10,704 nucleotides of DNA from Azolla caroliniana. Its lineage: Eukaryota; Plantae; Polypodiophyta. A model generated the notes under the pieces. It did not search any database, was not told the origin of the DNA, and saw only the letters and a program-made list of their open reading frames with translations. The DNA lies in contig JBHGNT010001244.1 in NCBI GenBank assembly GCA_043228905.1, positions 1-10,704 on the forward strand, given 5' to 3'. Position numbers and translations under genes: made by a program. Of this stretch, positions 6,831 to 10,704 are shown piece by piece (position 1 is the stretch's first letter; each line of letters begins with the position of its first letter).

Positions 6831-9611
6831 TTACGGAGAATCACTACTATAACTAATATACAATGACGATTCCTCCTCATCATCCTCGGATGTACCAATC
6901 AATGCATTATCTTCGTCATAAACCAAATGGTTTGACTCTAGATTATATGTGGCAGATCTCGTTTGCCTTTGACTCGAGCCACCTTGTAGACCTGGTAATT
7001 TTTCTTTTATTATATCTATTGTTGACTTCCTTAATCGTCCGGCTTTTGTAAGTGTGAAGTCGTACACGATGATATCCACATCAGAGATATCAAGGGTCGA
7101 GGTGTTACGAATGTTTCACTTCCTCTTCCTACCTCCCCTTCTTGTTTGGCATTCAATCATCTCCAATGTATACTTACCTATAAAAGCATTTGCACTTCTA
7201 GTGTTGTACCAATGAACATTTATAGACTTGATCGTGTTTTCTATTTCATGCATTAGCACTTCTAGAATTTTACCAACCCAAAATTGGTGGCCATGTGAGT
7301 TCTCATCAGCCGGCGTTGCAATCAACATCCCCGCGGTGAGCTCTTGCAAATTTCCTTGCCATCTAGCTTCGGCTGCTTTGGTCATCCTTGGTCCCACATA
7401 AATGTCTCTTTGTTGTGGATGGACCAAGCTGTCATTAATCGCATTTACTAGTCGCTCCGGACTTCTATTTACGTGATCATGTTGCAGCGACCATGTGAAT
7501 GGCGTTTCCAAATTCCAATTATCAACAGATACACAATTGTCTATAATTTCTTTTTGATCACTATAAAATACATCCCACCATGACGTGTCTTGTTGTGCGG
7601 CATATTTCTTGGCGGCCTCAATATGCTTTCTTTTTTCTTCTAAGGCTTGGAGCCATGACCGTTTTTGTTCTGATACCAAGTCGCTCTGCAACTGTCCTTT
7701 CTTCTCAATTGACATTTGCTTAGCTCCATGGACAATTGTACTCGGCATACAAAGTAATAACTGGCAACCACCTTCAGGTTCCCATGTTGTAGAAGATGAA
7801 TATTGTTTAGCATACAAAAGTGTAGAACCACTTATTCCATTTTTCTTTATCAAAAAAATGTGATTGAAACTTATATTGTTTAACTGAGCAAGCACTTTAA
7901 CATTCCCACCACCCCCATCTAATATATATCTCTTAAAGTCATATACCTCCTTCAAGTGTAACACTTTTGGGCGTGGTGTATAAGCATCACAAATGACATC
8001 AAATAGTTTAGGTAAAGTGAAAGCATCATGCCGAGACAACTGTCTGGAGAATGTGCTAAACATCTGATCTATATGGTCATGTGTGTGGCCCACCAAAAGG
8101 AAATTGACTTTCACTTTCCTAAACAATTCTAGGTTGACCAACATACTTAGATAGCCAAAGACAGTTGAATTTTTGTTCTCTCTAGCAGTATTGTCCAATT
8201 GAATGTATAGAACAGGGGGGAAAGGTTGTCCCCAAGACATCAAAACTCGGTGAATCACTGTAACTGTTAGGTTAGGGTCATTGTGAACATTGGGGTAAGT
8301 AATGAAGACGTGAGGTCGAACAGACCTATTATAAGCCAAGCATCCCACCAAGTGCATTTGAACAAGGCACTCATCATTGACATCTTTGGGGAGCCTCCGC
8401 ATATGCGGCAAGCATGTCTTCTTCTGGTCCATGCCATCTATCATTAAGCACATGTATTGTTCAGGCCTCTTCAAACACTTCTCTCTATGATGCATCGCCT
8501 TCCTTCGTTCTAAGGATTGTGCCTCACGATGCTCTTGTAGTAACTTCTTACTCGTATCCTTTTCCATTGATGTCTTTGCACCTTTAGCCAAACTTTTAAG
8601 ATTTGCACAAATGGAGCAATACCCCATACGTACTTTACGAGGAATAATAACATTTGAAAACCGAGCTCTCCATAATCTTGTGAATTGGCTATAGGTGATA
8701 GACTTATTACGTGAGCCCAGCATATCAGATCGATAGACATCATAAACTTCCCGACGGGTATAATTATCAGAAAGATGCATCCTACCTGTAGTGGGCATTA
8801 CTTCACAATTTAACTGAAAGTAAGTTTTCATCCAGCCAATAGCTAGTCTTCCAATTGCACCTTTCATACTTGGAACCTCTTTACAATTGAGCATCTGATC
8901 TCCGCTAAGTAGACGTTGTTGTACTCTATGTAGCCGCATGTTACTAACACATAACGCAATTTTGAATGCAACTCTACATATCTATTGCGCATGGAAGATA
9001 TAATACTCGAATGATACTTTGATCCCCGTACATTTGTCAGATACTAGTTGCATATGTGATCCGAGGTAAGTGTCTTGCTCATCACCGGTCATCGAAAAAT
9101 AGTATCGCCTTAATTCTCGCAACTTTGATTTTCCAATCATAGACATACAACCACGGGCACAACATATTTTGTTGACATCAAATCCAATCTGTTTATCTAA
9201 TGTCACCAAGCTAAATCTAGCTAGACGAATTCTTCGTGGGATTCTTCTAATATGCATAGGGCTCCCAGATTTCTCTTCCTGCATAGAGGTTGGTGTAACC
9301 TTGTTACAATCTAATTCTCTGTTGTGACCATCGCCAATGTTATTCAATGTTTCTTGGGCACTTCCTTCATTCTCGGTATCTTTATTAATATCGTATTCTT
9401 CAATAGAGAACTCTTCACATGTGTCATTATTTACATTCCCTGTAGATGGGCTCAGACAATATTCTTCGATAGAATATGGTGAGTCGGTCGACAGACAATA
9501 TTCTTCAATCGAATATGGTGACTCTGTTGACAAACAATACTCTTCAGTAGAAAACGATGGGTCTGATGACAAACAATATTCTTCAATCGAGAACGGTGAA
9601 TCTTCACTCAT
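6831..9611 (-). pseudogene. Sola1-like (DUF7869-type) DDD transposase, 926 codons, two in-frame nonsense codons
   Basis: One frame throughout: ...FHAQ*ICRVAFKIALCVSNMRLHR... (TAG 8982-8984) and ...RKRK*NIRNTSTLDISDVDIIVYDF... (TGA 7116-7118). Motifs YCSIC..H, MIDGMDQKK (D 8436-8438), IQLDNTARENKN (D 8193-8195), FLLVGHTHDHIDQMFS (D 8067-8069). Family name is from motif recognition, not a search. Confidence 0.8.
9444..9599 (-). repeat. Coding tandem repeat, 39 bp / 13 aa x4 (SP[FY]SIEEYCLS[ST]D)
   Basis: SPFSIEEYCLSSD, PSFSTEEYCLSTE, SPYSIEEYCLSTD, SPYSIEEYCLSPS, plus a detached FSIEEY just downstream. Confidence 0.95.
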
Positions 9612-9850
9612 GGCTTAAGGTCTAGATAGGGCTCTCTAAGTTATACTCCTCTCTAAACATAAACTTCTCTCTAAACAAAAGCCAAATCAATAGAATGTCT
9701 ATATAATGTAATATTCTATTAATACAATACATCAAAAAATTATTTTTAATAAAGTAATTGTACTTAAAATATCAATTATTATATAAACTAGATCTATATG
9801 AAGTTAAATCAAGTAAAATATAAAACTAATCATTAACAAGCCATGAATAT

Positions 9851-10042
9851 ATTGGATTAATGTTAAAATCATTGGCTAATTAATGGCACCCATTTTGATA
9901 TAGAACGTCTCACTCATTGGTTCTTTAATGCTCACCATTTTAAATATTAGACTTATCAATCATTGGTTAATTCATGCCCACATCTTTAATACACAACATT
10001 TGAGAGTCATAAAAATTGTTGCTTTTAGTAATCAATCATTGG
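9851..10042 (-). promoter_or_regulatory. Cluster of five CCAAT motifs, three in a degenerate 45-46 bp tandem repeat, upstream of the transposase
   Basis: ATTGG on + at 9851, 9871, 9916, 9962 and 10038, mostly as TCATTGG. TATATAGA on - at 9698-9705 lies about 85 bp before the ATG. Function is inferred. Confidence 0.45.
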
Positions 10043-10265
10043 TACATTCATGAACCTCTATCATTGTCTCCTTCATAACCATTGAAGTCATTGTAGGTTG
10101 TTATGACTATAAAAGATTGATCAATATATTAGTTTGACTTTGTAATCATTAATACAATCATAAGTTACTCTAGTTAATGTGACTATGGTTAACAACTAAC
10201 TATCCTCAAAGTTACCAACCTTGGTTAAGGTGACTATGGTTACTTTTACCAATGTGTTCAATCCC

Positions 10266-10273
10266 TATAAATA
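10266..10273 (+). promoter_or_regulatory. TATA box (CCTATAAATAGG context)
   Basis: Consensus plant TATA, with CCAAT at 10249-10253 upstream and a pyrimidine-rich TTCACTCA about 25 nt downstream. Confidence 0.5.
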
Positions 10274-10299
10274 GGAAGACCTCGTCATATTTCACTCAC

Positions 10300-10377
10300 C
10301 AGAGCGTACAGAGCGTACAGAGCACACAGAACGTAGAGAGCACACAGAGCACACAAAGCACACAAAGCACAAAGCAC
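10300..10377 (+). repeat. 9-bp minisatellite CA(G/A)AGC(GT/AC)A, about 8.5 copies
   Basis: CAGAGCGTA x2, CAGAGCACA, CAGAACGTA, GAGAGCACA, CAGAGCACA, CAAAGCACA x2, then a partial copy. Confidence 0.9.
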
Positions 10378-10416
10378 GAAAGCGCGATCTCCGCCTCCAC
10401 TTCCACACGATCAACC

Positions 10417-10451
10417 ATGTCTTCAAAGAGAATCGAGCGCGAGGACTCTAG
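10417..10451 (+). CDS. Possible first coding exon of an unknown spliced gene (MSSKRIEREDS...)
   Basis: ATG in CAACCATG context about 145 bp after the TATA, ending at a donor-like AG|GTAGGC followed by AT-rich sequence. No homology evidence. Confidence 0.25.
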
Positions 10452-10501
10452 GTAGGCCTCTGACACTGTGGACATTTTTGTAAATATGTTTCGTTTCTCA
10501 A

Positions 10502-10704
10502 GAACTCGATACGCCGTATCGAGTTCATGTATACAATACAAACTTTAAACACGAACTCGATACGGCGTATCGAGTTCGTGTTTAAAGTGTAGGTTTCAAA
10601 CAGGAACTCGATACGCCGTATCGAGTTCGTGTTTAAAACTTACACTTTAAACACGAACTCGATACGCCGTATCGAGTTCGTGTTTAAAGTTTGATACGGC
10701 GTAT
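10502..10704. repeat. Tandem array of palindromes, core GAACTCGATACG-S-CGTATCGAGTTC, 51-bp period; runs off window edge
   Basis: Cores at 10502-10526, 10553-10577, 10604-10628 and 10655-10679 (centres 10514, 10565, 10616, 10667), plus a partial fifth at 10693-10704. Confidence 0.97.

Larger units (their letters stand above)
6474..10704 (-). mobile_element. Putative cut-and-paste DNA transposon (Sola1-like / DUF7869-type DDD transposase); right boundary not seen
   Basis: Sharp junction with copia RT at ~6473/6474, a short GC-richer terminus with TGGAAGGAT twice, a shift to AT-rich composition, and an intronless transposase frame. Whether sequence beyond ~10100 belongs to it is inference. Confidence 0.65.

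Noticed and set aside
7669-7678. PBS-like TGGTATCAGA on the - strand
   Set aside because: Lies inside the uninterrupted transposase frame (LVSE); chance match.
7116-8984. Programmed stop readthrough or RNA editing of the two transposase stops
   Set aside because: Both are explained by single C>T changes like those in the neighbouring copia pseudogenes; no readthrough signal was recognised.
10252-10541. ORFs 10252-10455 (+) and 10296-10541 (-)
   Set aside because: They stay open largely because of the 9-bp minisatellite (QST / VLC repeats) and have no recognisable domain.
10502-10704. CRISPR-like look (palindromic repeats at a fixed period)
   Set aside because: The 26-bp linkers are related to each other rather than unique spacers, no cas genes are present, and the context is a eukaryotic TE nest.

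Overview
Eukaryotic, almost certainly plant, nested-transposon window with no recognisable host gene; a non-seed plant such as a fern is my unverified guess. (1) 1-~1763 (-): 5' end of a decayed Tnt1/Tto1-like Ty1/copia element (LTR, tRNA-iMet PBS, gag, start of protease with its DSGAS site deleted). (2) ~1764-2243: possible LINE remnant. (3) ~2520-6473 (+): a second, unrelated decayed Ty1/copia element (LTR, PBS, gag-PR-IN-RT) cut off abruptly inside RT. (4) ~6474 onward: an apparent DNA transposon. Its three listed minus-strand ORFs (8982-9611, 7116-8939, 6831-7079) are one 926-codon frame broken only by two nonsense codons. It encodes a Sola1-like/DUF7869-type DDD transposase with N-terminal 13-aa repeats and an extra C-terminal domain. 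Upstream lie a possible bidirectional promoter, a possible second divergent gene, and an array of nested palindromes with an exact 51-bp period running to the window edge.
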